A stretch of 64,000 nucleotides of DNA from Diplonema japonicum (taxonomy: Eukaryota > Protista > Euglenozoa: Diplonemea), in NCBI GenBank assembly GCA_964019335.1, contig OZ025674.1, positions 62,001-126,000 on the forward strand, in the 5' to 3' direction. A program made the position numbers and the translations under genes. The notes under the pieces are model-generated. The model ran no database searches. It worked only from the letters and a program-made list of their open reading frames with translations, and was not told where the DNA came from. Positions 45,890 through 56,796 of the stretch are shown here, piece by piece. How positions within the stretch are numbered: position 1 is the first letter of the stretch; every line of letters starts with the position of its first letter.

Positions 45890-46466
45890 TTTTATTTAAT
45901 TCTGAGCAGCTCTCTCAAATAATTTAGGCCGGAAGATATAAATAAAGTTTCTGATTTTTTCCTCATGTTTTTAAGCCAAACGTTGCTGATTTTGCTGGGC
46001 GTGAAAATCAGGTACTTTATTTCACGCTCACAGTCGTTTCTAGCAAAATGGGAAGAAAACCGAAGGCGACCGGGAAGCGAGCCAAGGGCATCAGCCTCAG
46101 AAAGAGGCCAAAGCTGTGATGGAAGACACGCTTCCAACGGCAAGCAAAATAACCTACAAGAAGGAGTGGGAGAGGTTTTGCACCTACCACTCGATCAAAC
46201 CCACGCCCCTTCAGCCCTGCCCCCTTCGACACAGCCCACTTTCTTCAGCAGTGCACAGAATCACGTTTGACATAAACGTCACCATCAATTCGCCGAATTA
46301 ATCATACCAAACCCAGTACCGTGTTCAGTAAAGACTCGCGCATTGCGCCGCTACAAGCAGGCAGCAGCGAAGCCACACTTAGCACCTAAATTCTTTTCGA
46401 GAGCAGCTCATCATTAAATAAAATGCAGTATTGAATGAAATCAGGCTATCTGATTTTCATTTAATA
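45890..46466 (+). mobile_element. Inverted-repeat-bounded relic carrying a frameshifted tyrosine-recombinase-like N-terminal fragment
   Basis: IR 45890-45914 vs 46399-46423 (22/25 match); EAKAVMEDTLPTASKITYKKEWERF resembles the core-binding domain of Crypton/DIRS-type recombinases; repeated CTGATTT(T) motifs. Confidence 0.45.
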
Positions 46467-48409
46467 AATAGCTATTTTTTTTCTTTTTTAGGGAAAAAAA
46501 GAAGAAGAAAAAAAAAAGACAAAAAAAAACAAGAAAAGGGAAGGAAGGGAAAAAGAAAAAAAAAATGAAAGTTTATTTTTTTTTTTTCCCCTTCCAGTCA
46601 AGGAAACAGGGGTGGAAGAAAGAAAGAAAGAAAAAAAAAAAAAACAGTATAAAAAATTGGGTATTACTAATATATCATGAAAATCAATTGCTCACATGCA
46701 TCTTTCATTTCCCCATTCTCTACCCCCCCCCCCCCTTTAGCATCAACAAAGAAAGAGGGGAACAAACAGAAAATAGCCCCCTACCCATATTTTCGTGCCT
46801 CTTTCTTTTTTTTACCCCCTTTCCCTCCCATTCCCACAGTCGATTGTACCATAAAAAAAAAGAAGAAGAAAAAAAATAGCGCCCTCCTTGAAGCTTTCGT
46901 TCCCACTACTGCATTACTCCTGACGTGTTTCTCTCTTCTTTTTAGCATCTAAATGTCTCTTTTATTTTTTTCTTCTTTTTTTTTTGGACCCCATTGGACC
47001 GTTGGTCAACTCGACGGCTCCAAAAGAAAAAAAGAAAAAAGAGAGGGGGGGAAAAAAAGAGGAAAAAAAAAAAAACAGCAACACGCAACGGTAGTAATCA
47101 CTAGGGAAAGAGAAGCAAAGAGGATGAAGCGAAGAGAAAACGTTTAAAAAAAAAATGGGGGGGAACACAAAGGGGAAAACCCTTTTCACTATAATATAAA
47201 AAAAAAGAGGAAAAAAAAAAGAAGAACCATGGGACAGAACTATGCTTCGGGAATCGGGGGGGGGGGGGGGGGAAAGATATTTTCGAGTTTCATAAGAAAA
47301 TGAGAACCGAAATACTAAAATGTAGCCTTTCGACCCCTAGAGGGGAAACGACAAAAGGGATAAGAAAAAAAAGGAAAAAACTGGAATAGATTAAAAAATA
47401 CTGAGGGTAGGTTTGTGGGGGGAAAATATATTTCTATATATATTTATATATATTCACGTAGCCTGCGGCTTTCAAATGATGACCCAGGTAAAAAGAATTA
47501 CATTTGATTTTCCCCGCCCCCTTTTTTTTGTATTTGCAACTACCAGTGGCCCCTCGCTTTCTGTTTCCCTTTTTTGTGTGTGAATAATATTCCTCCCAAT
47601 GCTGGCTTCTTTTTTTTTTTTTTCTTCTTCTTTAATTAGCACCAGTGCAAAGTTCATGTGGTTTGTGAAATATATTCTTTAAAAAAAAAGAAAAAAAAGG
47701 AAAAACCAAGGGGGGGAGATAGAAAAAAGACGGGGGAGGGGGGGGGGGGGGGGGGACCAGTTTGCTATGTAAGTATCAAAAAAAGGAAACTGGTGTAGTG
47801 ACTTGCAACTTACAACTGTGGGCAACAGAACATCTCCCCCCCCCTTTTTTTTTCTGCCCCCTTTTTGTTTTTAGGGTCCTACCTGCTGATGTTTGCCGCT
47901 CAGGAAATGCAGCGCAAGATACAGCAGATGGGGTTTTTTTTTTTCCTTCTTTTGTTTTTTCTCCCTCTGTGACATAGGAAAAAAAAAAAAAAAAAAAAAA
48001 AAAAATCGTGAACTAAGAACTTTAAAGAAAACCTTTTTTTTGAAAAAAAAAGAAAAAAAAAGGGGGGGACATTTTCGAGAGAGAAAAAATAATCATAGAA
48101 AGCAGAATTTAACAAGAAGACAATAAGGAAGCGATTTTCTCCTTCTTATTTTTTTTAGCTGGGCGCCACCAAACACTGGCCTCCTCTATCTCTTATATAT
48201 ATATTTTTTTTTTTTCTTCCATACTTCACTTCGTGTGGTTGTACGAATTGTGGGGATATTGAAGGGCTTTTTTTTTTTTTTTTTTTTCCCCTTGAATGCC
48301 CCCCTACGCCTTGGCGTTGATTGTCCTCTATCTTCCATTTTTCCTCCCCCTAGAGCCGAGACTGTATTTTCTGCTGTTTTGTGAGGGAGGAACAAATGTG
48401 AGGGAAAAG

Positions 48410-48610
48410 CATAGACCGAAGTCATTATGAGTCATAATCAGCCTAGTCCGATTTTCTTAAGCAGGACCTCGTGGGCTTAGGAGGCACTGTTTCATTTTCC
48501 ACCAACTGGGCCGACGACGGGACCAGGGGAGATAGAGCAAGGCCTTCGCCATGGATTCGCCAGGTTGACCAGGCCTGAACGAGCCTGTGTTGTTTTGTAC
48601 CCCTTGCAAC

Positions 48611-48643
<33 letters not shown>

Positions 48644-48802
48644 GCCTATAAATATGAGTGAGACTCCAATTGAGGCCGATTGTGGGGCGATTTCTTTTTT
48701 CAGGCGTCCTGCCACATACTGCAGGTACCCTTAAATGTCTCTTTTTTTTTTTTTTTTTTCTTTTGCAAATCGACCTGTGACTCATAATGACTTCGGTCTA
48801 TG
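48410..48802. mobile_element. MITE, possibly hAT-type, 393 bp
   Basis: Perfect 25-bp TIRs CATAGACCGAAGTCATTATGAGTCA (48410-48434 and 48778-48802); flanks GGGAAAAG and GAAAAAAG form an imperfect 8-bp TSD; no credible ORF. Confidence 0.8.
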
Positions 48803-49717
48803 GAAAAAAGGAAAAAAAAAAAAAAAAAAAAAAGGGAACAAAGAAAAAAAAAGAGAGAGAAAAGTTGTAGAAGCCTTTAAAAGGCTTTTTTTTTCCCCTT
48901 TGCTAATGCTTTCAATTTTTATTTTATGGGGGGGGACAGGTGCTGCTATTTTCTATCCTTTTATTTCTTCTTCTTCTTTTGTATCATATATTCATCCTCC
49001 CTTTCTCTTGTGCTTCCTTTTTATTTTTTTTATTCTTTTTATTTTTTTATTTTTTTATTTTATTCACCAGTCTTAGAGGTCACTTGGCACTGCTTTCTCC
49101 TTCCTATCAGCCAATTTAACCTTCGAAAAAAGCAAAAAAGAAAAAAAAATCCAAGAGAGAACTCATGCCCCCCCCCCCCCCCCCCCCATGGTACCCGATA
49201 TTGCCTTATTATTATTATAATTTTTTTTTTTTCCCCGCCCTGATTTTCTCCTGCTCTACCTTTCTGTTCGTTAACCCGGATGGGTGAGAAATAGAGGTGG
49301 GAGGAGGAGTAAAGAGGTGGGGGGGGGGTTTTTTTTCGTGAAAGCACCATTGAGCTTTGGTTTTTTACTTCTGCTCCTGAGTGTGAGTATCCTATTGTGC
49401 TATCGGGGCCGATGAATATGGAGGTTTAAAAAAAAAAAAAAAACCAGCAGTACTCATGAATAAGCATCATATTGACTACGTTCAAGCGTCCTATCTTCCC
49501 TACCCTGAAGATTGATCACGATGTTGGGGGTAAATGGTTGGTGCTGTTGCAGGCTTACCTATCACGCCGCGGGAGATTTACTTTTCTTCTTCCATTCAAT
49601 ATTGAAATACCGTATTTTTTTAAATAAGTTTAGCAAAAGAAAAAAAAAAAAAAAAAAAAAAAAAAAGGAATTCTTAAAATCGTTTTCTGACCTTTAAAAT
49701 ACGGTAATTGTTGCATT

Positions 49718-49752
<35 letters not shown>

Positions 49753-49770
49753 GGATTTTGTATGAAATGT

Positions 49771-49818
<48 letters not shown>

Positions 49819-51594
49819 CGTTGTTTGTATTTTGAACCCAATTGGGGACTTTTTTCACAGTACATAATAATCGCAAATCCGGTATTTTATTTATTTATTT
49901 CGTTCGCTCCAAAAAAAAAAGGGGAGAGGGGGGGGAAGGGAGGGGCGGGAGACTTTTTTTTTTGATATCTTGCTCCGCCACCGGGGTTTTTTTTTTCTGT
50001 GTGGTGTTGTTTCTTGAAAACAATTGTTATTTGATAATTATTCAAAAGAATGTTATGGCTGCCGTTATGCGTCACAAAACAAATTCCGTTGTGAGCGGGA
50101 AGAAAATTAAAAAGAAAAAAGAGCAAGATTTTTTATTCTTAGTAAAAGAGAATCCCCCCCCCCCCCCCCCCCTTTCCCCTCTTTTAATTAACCTCGTTAC
50201 ACCTTATTCTCCTTTCTCACCACCCTTTCTTCTTTTTTTTTTCCTTCTCTCTCCCCTCCATGCACAGCCAGTTACAACGATTCCAGAGGCCCCGCAATTT
50301 TCGTGTTTTAAAAAACAGAAAAAAAACTTAAAAGCGAAAAGTGGAACAAACGGAACACGTTCAAAATGGCTATGCATTTCTTTTCTTCTTTTTTTTTTCT
50401 CGTAGATTTAGCTCAGACGGAGGAGGAGGGGGGAGGGGAGGAGACGTTTCTTTAAGAAAAAGAAGAAAAGAAAAAAAAAAGGGGGAGGGGGAAAAAAAAA
50501 AGAAGAAAAAAAAAAAGATGCATTCGTGACTTGAGACTTCCCAATATTTTATCTCAACTTGTCCCATAATTCGTTCCATGGTCTTGCTTCATGTTTTTCA
50601 AGGATGAAGCCAGAGCTGTGTCTTGAAAGTTTGCGCCGCTTGATGCACGGCAGGTGAAGTTCGGACGGTGCACTTTTGAGCTTCTGAGGCAAAGAAATGG
50701 GGACACGAATTTAAGGGGTTTTATAGCGATTTACGGTTGCGTGATTTTTTTTTTCTTCTTTTTTTTCCCCCCCTCTTTTCCCCTCCCTCTTCCCATCCAC
50801 CCCTTGCGATATAACTTGTACTATGCTCCTCCTTATTTTACTTTTTTTTTGATCCCTTTTTCCCCTTTCCCTCAACCCTCCCCCCCTTTTTTTATTTTCT
50901 GATCATTTTTTTATTCTGCTAAAACTTTTCCGTACACGAAATAATCAAGAAAAAACCCCCCAGACCTTCCTTTTTTTAACCGGTTGTTCCCCATCCCCTT
51001 CCCCATCCCCCCCTTTTTTTAAAACAAAGTGTGAGAAATCATTTTCCCCTCTTCCCCTTTTTTTTAAAAGTTTTTTTAGAAACAAAATAGCTTTATTTTC
51101 CTCGTTGTAAAAAAAAAAAAGAAGAAGAAGCACATTGTCTCTCTGACCGTGTCCAATACTTTAGTTAAAAAAATTAAGAGAGCTAAAAAGGGAGGGGAGG
51201 GAGGGGGAGAAAGGGAAAGAAGAAAAAAAAAACCCCCAAGATGTGGTTTCTTTTCTTTTTTTTTAAATATTGACAACAAACTTGTACTAGAGCAAAACTT
51301 GCACGAATGAAGAGAAGAAGAAAAAAAAGAGAGAAAAAAAAGAAAAAAAAAGGGAGGAGTAGATATTCTCGTAGAATGGAGTTTGTTTCAAGAACAAAAG
51401 AAAAGAAAACGAGGAGGTTTTTTTTTTTTTTTTCCCCTTTCCCTATTCACCCCCCCCCCCCCCCCCACCCCTTCTATTTTTCTTCTTTTTTAATTTTACC
51501 TCCTTTCCCCCCCCTCTCTTTTCAACACCAAAAGGTTATTTTACACAAAATCGATACACAAACATAGAACAATTTTGTTTCCCCCGCCCCTACC

Positions 51595-52398
51595 ATGCAT
51601 GAAAAGGCTCAGAAGTACGTCCGGAGGGCAATGGAACTAACAGAAGACATTAGGACAGAACTGGATTTGGGGGGGAGGGTGTTGTGGGACTGCTTTTTGG
51701 CACACGATCGCGAGCTAAACGGTGTCATAGAATGCGAGGAAATGGGCGGTCTGGTGAGAGATCTGTTCCAGACAAACGAACGCCGATTCATCACAGCCAT
51801 CCTCGACGACATTGACGCAGAAATATATGGAGAAGATACGGGCCTTGAAGGCACCGACGCCACCTTTGTAGAAGTCTATGAATGGTTTGGGGGTTTAAGA
51901 AGAAACCTACTTGGGGCAGTATTCGAACTACAGCTAAAAGGCCGGTCTGTGTTCAACTCGTTAAAAAGTCTCATATCTGAACCTGTCTATGAGAGGTACC
52001 TGCAGCGTAGTCTTGAGCATCATGGTGTTGGGTGCTTGGAGAAAGCCATTACCGGTCTGGAAAAAACTTATTACGATGTGAAGGTGCTGCAGGCGCACAG
52101 CCGGTCTCAACGGTTGGAGGACATTGAAAACCACAAGCTTCGAATATACCCCCATAGAAAGTGGTTCCCTGAAAAGCGACGTGCGCACCTTTACATCATG
52201 TTCACACAGCTGCTTGCTGTCGAGTGCAAGACAACCCTCACCACCGCGGTCGACATCCCAAAAGCAGCCGCGTTGCTAGGTTACAACCTTTCATATGAGG
52301 AACACGTTGTCACCAAAATATGCCACGAGGAGGAGATGGATTTCGAGGGCTTCATTCGATGGTGGGCCTGCCGGTCTGCAATACGAATAAGGTTCTAA
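51595..52398 (+). CDS. EF-hand-containing hypothetical protein
   Basis: FLAHDRELNGVIECEE, TFVEVYEWF and MDFEGFIRWW; intact 267-aa ORF. Confidence 0.7.
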   Translation: MHEKAQKYVRRAMELTEDIRTELDLGGRVLWDCFLAHDRELNGVIECEEMGGLVRDLFQTNERRFITAILDDIDAEIYGEDTGLEGTDATFVEVYEWFGGLRRNLLGAVFELQLKGRSVFNSLKSLISEPVYERYLQRSLEHHGVGCLEKAITGLEKTYYDVKVLQAHSRSQRLEDIENHKLRIYPHRKWFPEKRRAHLYIMFTQLLAVECKTTLTTAVDIPKAAALLGYNLSYEEHVVTKICHEEEMDFEGFIRWWACRSAIRIRF

Positions 52399-52486
52399 GT
52401 TACGAAGAAACACCACTCTGACACACGAAACATAACCCCGATCTCCACAGGAGGGTTTTTTTTTCTGGGTTTTTTTTTTTTTTTAT

Positions 52487-53792
52487 CCCCTAAACGCCCG
52501 GAGCCTATCTACGGTACCCCCCCCCCCCCCCCATTCACTGAACTCTAGGATTGAGGGAGTATTTCTGAGTGAGGGAATCCTCATTGCTAGCGTGTTTGCG
52601 CTTGGGGGTCGGTGACGGTGTTGTCGGGGGGTGTGTGCTATCGGTTTTTGGGGCATGGGTGAGAAGCATGCCAACAAGTTCTTCTTCGAAGCTCGGGAAG
52701 CCATAATTTTTGCCACATTCCCTGCTCTTCTTCCAGATTATGGAGGGGTTGGCAACACAGCTTTCCAGGACCCAATAAAAAACGACCATGGTCCACTTCC
52801 GGGTTTTCATATAAACTCCAGTCCCCTGGAGCTGGTCTTGCCGGTCAGGGGTCGACAGCAAACCCATAGGAGTCGACAGTACGCATGACTAGGTCCTGTG
52901 TTGTGGACTTCTTGCTGAAAATGTTGAAATTCGCCAGGTAACAGTTTTATGAGTCGCATGTAGCGATTACCTTGATGCCCACCGAGTTGCTTTTTCGTGG
53001 TGCCATGACTTTTATTGTTGTCGGGATAACACTGTCGTCAACAGACAACCACTTGCCAGGGGTCCGCACAGTCCTACACCGGTTGACAATGATGTCAAGA
53101 AACCTGCGCATGAGGTGCAGTTTCAGGCCTTCCAAATGTTTTCCAGGTTGTCAAAGGTGAGGTAGCGCTGTATGTCAACGAATCGGTTTGCTCATTTTCT
53201 CAAAAGCCGGGATGGTTAAATTAGAATTTGTTGTCCAGTAGCTCTTCATGTTCGGTGCCGAGCGTAAACCCATTAACAGGACCAACCCAAGCCAAATTTT
53301 GTACTCTGGGATGGAAAGATTCAGATTCCGCTGTTTTTTTTGAATCGAAACGACCGTTCGTGGAAGAAACTATGAGCTCAAGTACCGAGTGTGTAAAAAA
53401 AAAGATTAAAAACACCCTCCTCATTGGCCGCTTCACCTAGAGGTGTCCTAAGCCCACCTTTTTACGGAAATGATATGTTTCGGGCCTTTGGGAGTATTTC
53501 TCCCACCCAAGCATCGTTTCCGGCCCCTCTTTGACCGCCTCATCGTCTTTTTCTTCTTTTTCTGACCAGTCGGGGGAGACTCACGTTTTCGCTGCTATTT
53601 TGACCATCTGATTTCATTTTAAGCCAACCCTGCCGGTTTCAATTAAAACAAAACTTTTAACGTAAAATGTAGTTCCGAGACAAAATAAACCGCGCAACAA
53701 TGCCATATTTTGAAGTCCAGGGGCCGTGTTCAAAAAAAAAGTACTTAGCGAAAAAGCAAATTTTGAAATAAGTCCGCGCGGGCGTTTAGGGG
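52487..53792 (-). mobile_element. Internally deleted piggyBac-family DNA transposon (1306 bp)
   Basis: Perfect 14-bp TIRs CCCCTAAACGCCCG (52487-52500 and 53779-53792) with TTAT duplicated on both sides (52483-52486, 53793-53796); internal transposase remnants. Confidence 0.92.
52640..53616 (-). pseudogene. piggyBac (DDE_Tnp_1_7) transposase pseudogene
   Basis: Frameshifted blocks NRFVDIQRYLTFDN, TPGKWLSVDDSVIP...RKSNSVGIKVIATCDS and DRQDQL...KTRKWTMVVFYWVLESCVAN..IIW. The middle DNxF block and the C-terminal Cys-rich domain are not seen. Ends are approximate. Confidence 0.85.
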
Positions 53793-53803
53793 TTATAAAA
53801 AAA

Positions 53804-54835
53804 ATGGTATCAAAGCACCGACGCAAGTATGGGACGCAGCCGTCGTCCCCACCCCCGCACACTCCCGTTGCTGTGAACGCTGTGGAAGAACTTCATGAAG
53901 CATGCGCGACTCGTAGAGTGCTGCGTATCAACAGAGGCGATATCGGCGGGCTGCGGTTCAGCAAAATGCGGAAAGTGAAGAAAGACCTCCAACAAAAAAC
54001 AGCCTACGGAAGCACAGAGGACGAGGGCGGCCTATGGGATGCAGTAGAAGGCCTCGATTATGGAGAATGGAACACCGAACTCTACCATGACGAGGAGAGC
54101 AAAACAGGCAACGGGGCAGCCATGAGACGCCTGCTAATGAAGGTAAGGCGGCACATGATTTCAAACGTGAAGAACAAGAAAAGAATCGCCAAAGCAGAGG
54201 TGGAGAGGACTGCATCGTCACCCACAGTCAGCTGGCAACGCAAGAGAAACCGCTCAGTGTCATCATGTTTCCGCCGCCCGCCTTCAGCATCCCCTTCCAC
54301 AGAACCAGCAGCACTGTCAGAGGCTACCTCTGCATATGTGTACCAAGATGTTGTCAAACAGTACGAAAAACGTGTCATGGATATCTACAAGCACCACAAA
54401 CCAGACAAGCTAGCTGATGCACCCGCTGCTATCTCCACGTGCAGGAAGTACCTTGACCAGCTTTCACGAGCGCTTATTGAAAAGTACGGTCCCGTTCCTG
54501 GTCATCCCCCGCTTGGTCGTATTGACCATGAGGCGCGGTTTAAGAGGTATTTTTCGGTGTCAGCGCCGGAGATGCTTCCTGAGGTCCCGTCCTTGCTTGT
54601 GGAGTATCGTGGTGCCGAGGAGTATGGGTTTCTCAAGACGCTGCTTAGGGTTGGGGTTCGTGAGGTGGAGCATGTGTCTTGTTTTGTGCTGCCGCCTGCG
54701 TTTTGTGAAACATTGCAAGCTTGGTTCAAAGCGAGGAACAGAGAACCCCCCTCGGAAGAACACCTTCAAATATATGAAACGCTTTTTGACGGCCGTCTTA
54801 CGATGGCCATCGATGCGCTCGTGAGGGGGAGGTAG
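53804..54835 (+). CDS. Hypothetical protein with repeated helical R..(F/Y)....P.KL..V..L...Y.G.E...L..KYGP motif
   Basis: YEKRVMDIYKHHKPDKL...LIEKYGPVP and HEARFKRYF...PEMLPEVPSLLVEYRGAEE. The first ATG outside the transposon is at 53804; the ORF-track start at 53726 lies inside the element. Confidence 0.75.
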   Translation: MVSKHRRKYGTQPSSPPPHTPVAVNAVEELHEACATRRVLRINRGDIGGLRFSKMRKVKKDLQQKTAYGSTEDEGGLWDAVEGLDYGEWNTELYHDEESKTGNGAAMRRLLMKVRRHMISNVKNKKRIAKAEVERTASSPTVSWQRKRNRSVSSCFRRPPSASPSTEPAALSEATSAYVYQDVVKQYEKRVMDIYKHHKPDKLADAPAAISTCRKYLDQLSRALIEKYGPVPGHPPLGRIDHEARFKRYFSVSAPEMLPEVPSLLVEYRGAEEYGFLKTLLRVGVREVEHVSCFVLPPAFCETLQAWFKARNREPPSEEHLQIYETLFDGRLTMAIDALVRGR

Positions 54836-54848
54836 CGTCCCCTTTAGG

Positions 54849-54880
<32 letters not shown>

Positions 54881-54928
54881 ACCATCTCTCATTGTGATTT
54901 GATTTTTTTTTTTTATTTTGTAAAAATC

Positions 54929-54970
<42 letters not shown>

Positions 54971-55034
54971 AGTTGAATCCAACACTACAGGAGGTCACTA
55001 CACCTATTCCCCCCCCCTATTTTTTTTTAAAAAA

Positions 55035-55241
55035 ATGAGCACTTTCCAGCTTGCTATTGCTGCGTCTCTCCTCTCTGGGGCGGCTGCCTTCCACCCCGAG
55101 CCTATCAAAATGGGATCTGACGGTATGACTGGTCTTATTTTCGGATTGTTCATGATCTTCGTCCTGTACATGGCCCTGTCGAGCATCATGGGTATCAAGA
55201 CACCTGATGCTATTGGGCGCTCTTTCAAGAAGGAGGATTAG
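55035..55241 (+). CDS. Minimal V-ATPase accessory Voa1/Ac45-like protein (68 aa)
   Basis: Signal peptide, short linker, TM MTGLIFGLFMIFVLYMALSSIMGIKTPD matching the Ac45/Voa1 TM pattern, and a C-terminal KKED dilysine motif. Confidence 0.7.
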   Translation: MSTFQLAIAASLLSGAAAFHPEPIKMGSDGMTGLIFGLFMIFVLYMALSSIMGIKTPDAIGRSFKKED

Positions 55242-55687
55242 TTTTTTTTTTTTTTTTGTTTTTTTTTTTTCTCTCGAGGGGGGCGTGTGTTGCTTGTTAT
55301 TCGAGTGCCAGAAAAAAAAAAGAAGAAAAAAAAAAAAAAAAACATGAAAAAAAAATCAAGAGTTGTCGCCACGGCCCTCCCCCTCCCCCCCCCTTTTTTT
55401 AAAAATAGTGTTCTTTTGAGTAAATACCCTTTTTCTTTTTTTTACCCCCCTGACTTTTTTCTTTTCTTTCCGAGATTCTTTTTTGTTTTTTTTTTTTTGG
55501 TTCGACTCAATATCCCCCCCCTTTTTTTTTCTTTTTTTTGTCTCTGTGTTCTTTCCCATTCTGAAGAAAAAAAAAGAAAAAGGGTGCTTTTTTTTTTTCC
55601 CCTTCTTTTTCTTTTTTTTTTTTCTTTTTTTTTCCACACCCAAGGGAAAAAAAGAAAAAAAAAAGCAAAAAAAAAAAAAAAAAAGAA

Positions 55688-56689
55688 ATGTCGTCCAAAG
55701 ACAGGGAGCTGAAGTTTGACAAGTCGGTGATGTACGAAGTGTTGAAACAATGCATGGTGGCAAGCATTGTGGACAAAGGGCTGACGAAGCAAGCTGATCT
55801 GTATCCGTTGGTGGTGAAAACGATTGCATACAAGTGCGGGTACGTTGCCAATGTGTTGCGAAGCATCAGGCATGCCATCTCTAGACTGCACACCAGACAG
55901 AAAGAGATCAAAACAGGCGAGCAATATATTACCCTGACACAGTCAGGCGCATGGTCCACTTACGGGTCGGTCTCGGTTTCCCAGCTGAGCATCAGTATTG
56001 TAGGGTGTGGTATTGTTGGAACAGAACTTCTGGAAAACCTAGTTAACAGCCGTCTTTTCCACCCTACGTGCTTTGTAGTCAGTACCCGGCAGCCGAATAC
56101 CCTCTCTACTTACTCTAAAATGGGTTTAAATGTGTGTTTCAACAATACGCTGGCTGGGAGCCATGCTGATGTGCTTTTCCTTTGTTGCTCGCCAAACCAC
56201 TTTGCAGACGTGAGTCCCTCGTTACGTGGGAATTTAAAGCCTTCTACTATAGTAGTTAGTACTCTGTTGGGGGTTACGAAGGAGAGGCTTTGCTCCGTTC
56301 TTAATCACCCGCACTGCATGACCGTCAGCGTGGATATCCCTGGCATCTCGCCCCTACCTTCCCTTCCCAAACATGACAATGCCCAGCTTGTTAAGGCGTC
56401 GTGTCCTTTCATCACTCCTGATGACTATCTCACCTTCACCTCCCTCCTGCTCCCTGCTATCCCTTCTTCTCTCCCTTCACCCCTCCTCTTCAGTGCCATT
56501 CTCGCTTCCACGCTCAACACCCCCACCGCTGCCCTGCTCATCTCCCATGTTCTCACCACGCCACCTGTTAAAAAGGAGCAAGGGCTCGGGAAATTCGGCG
56601 GTCTTGCTGCATTCGAGGCATTGCTGGAGGGGACCCTGCAAGAGCATGCAGCGAAGAGGTATTTGGAGGTGGTGCAAAGGTTACACTAA
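55688..56689 (+). CDS. NOXRED1-like NADP-dependent oxidoreductase (P5C-reductase N-terminal fold)
   Basis: ISIVGCGIVG, VSTRQPNTL, CFNN...ADVLFLCCSP and STLLGVTKERL. Confidence 0.8.
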   Translation: MSSKDRELKFDKSVMYEVLKQCMVASIVDKGLTKQADLYPLVVKTIAYKCGYVANVLRSIRHAISRLHTRQKEIKTGEQYITLTQSGAWSTYGSVSVSQLSISIVGCGIVGTELLENLVNSRLFHPTCFVVSTRQPNTLSTYSKMGLNVCFNNTLAGSHADVLFLCCSPNHFADVSPSLRGNLKPSTIVVSTLLGVTKERLCSVLNHPHCMTVSVDIPGISPLPSLPKHDNAQLVKASCPFITPDDYLTFTSLLLPAIPSSLPSPLLFSAILASTLNTPTAALLISHVLTTPPVKKEQGLGKFGGLAAFEALLEGTLQEHAAKRYLEVVQRLH

Positions 56690-56717
56690 AAATGTTCATA
56701 GAGTTATTGCGAGAAAG

Positions 56718-56752
<35 letters not shown>

Positions 56753-56796
56753 GATAAAACCTCATAAACACCTTCAGACACCACACCACGGGGAGC

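Noticed and set aside
44626-51590. Dozens of short K/F/P/G-rich ORFs
   Set aside because: Translations of homopolymer runs with no coding signature.
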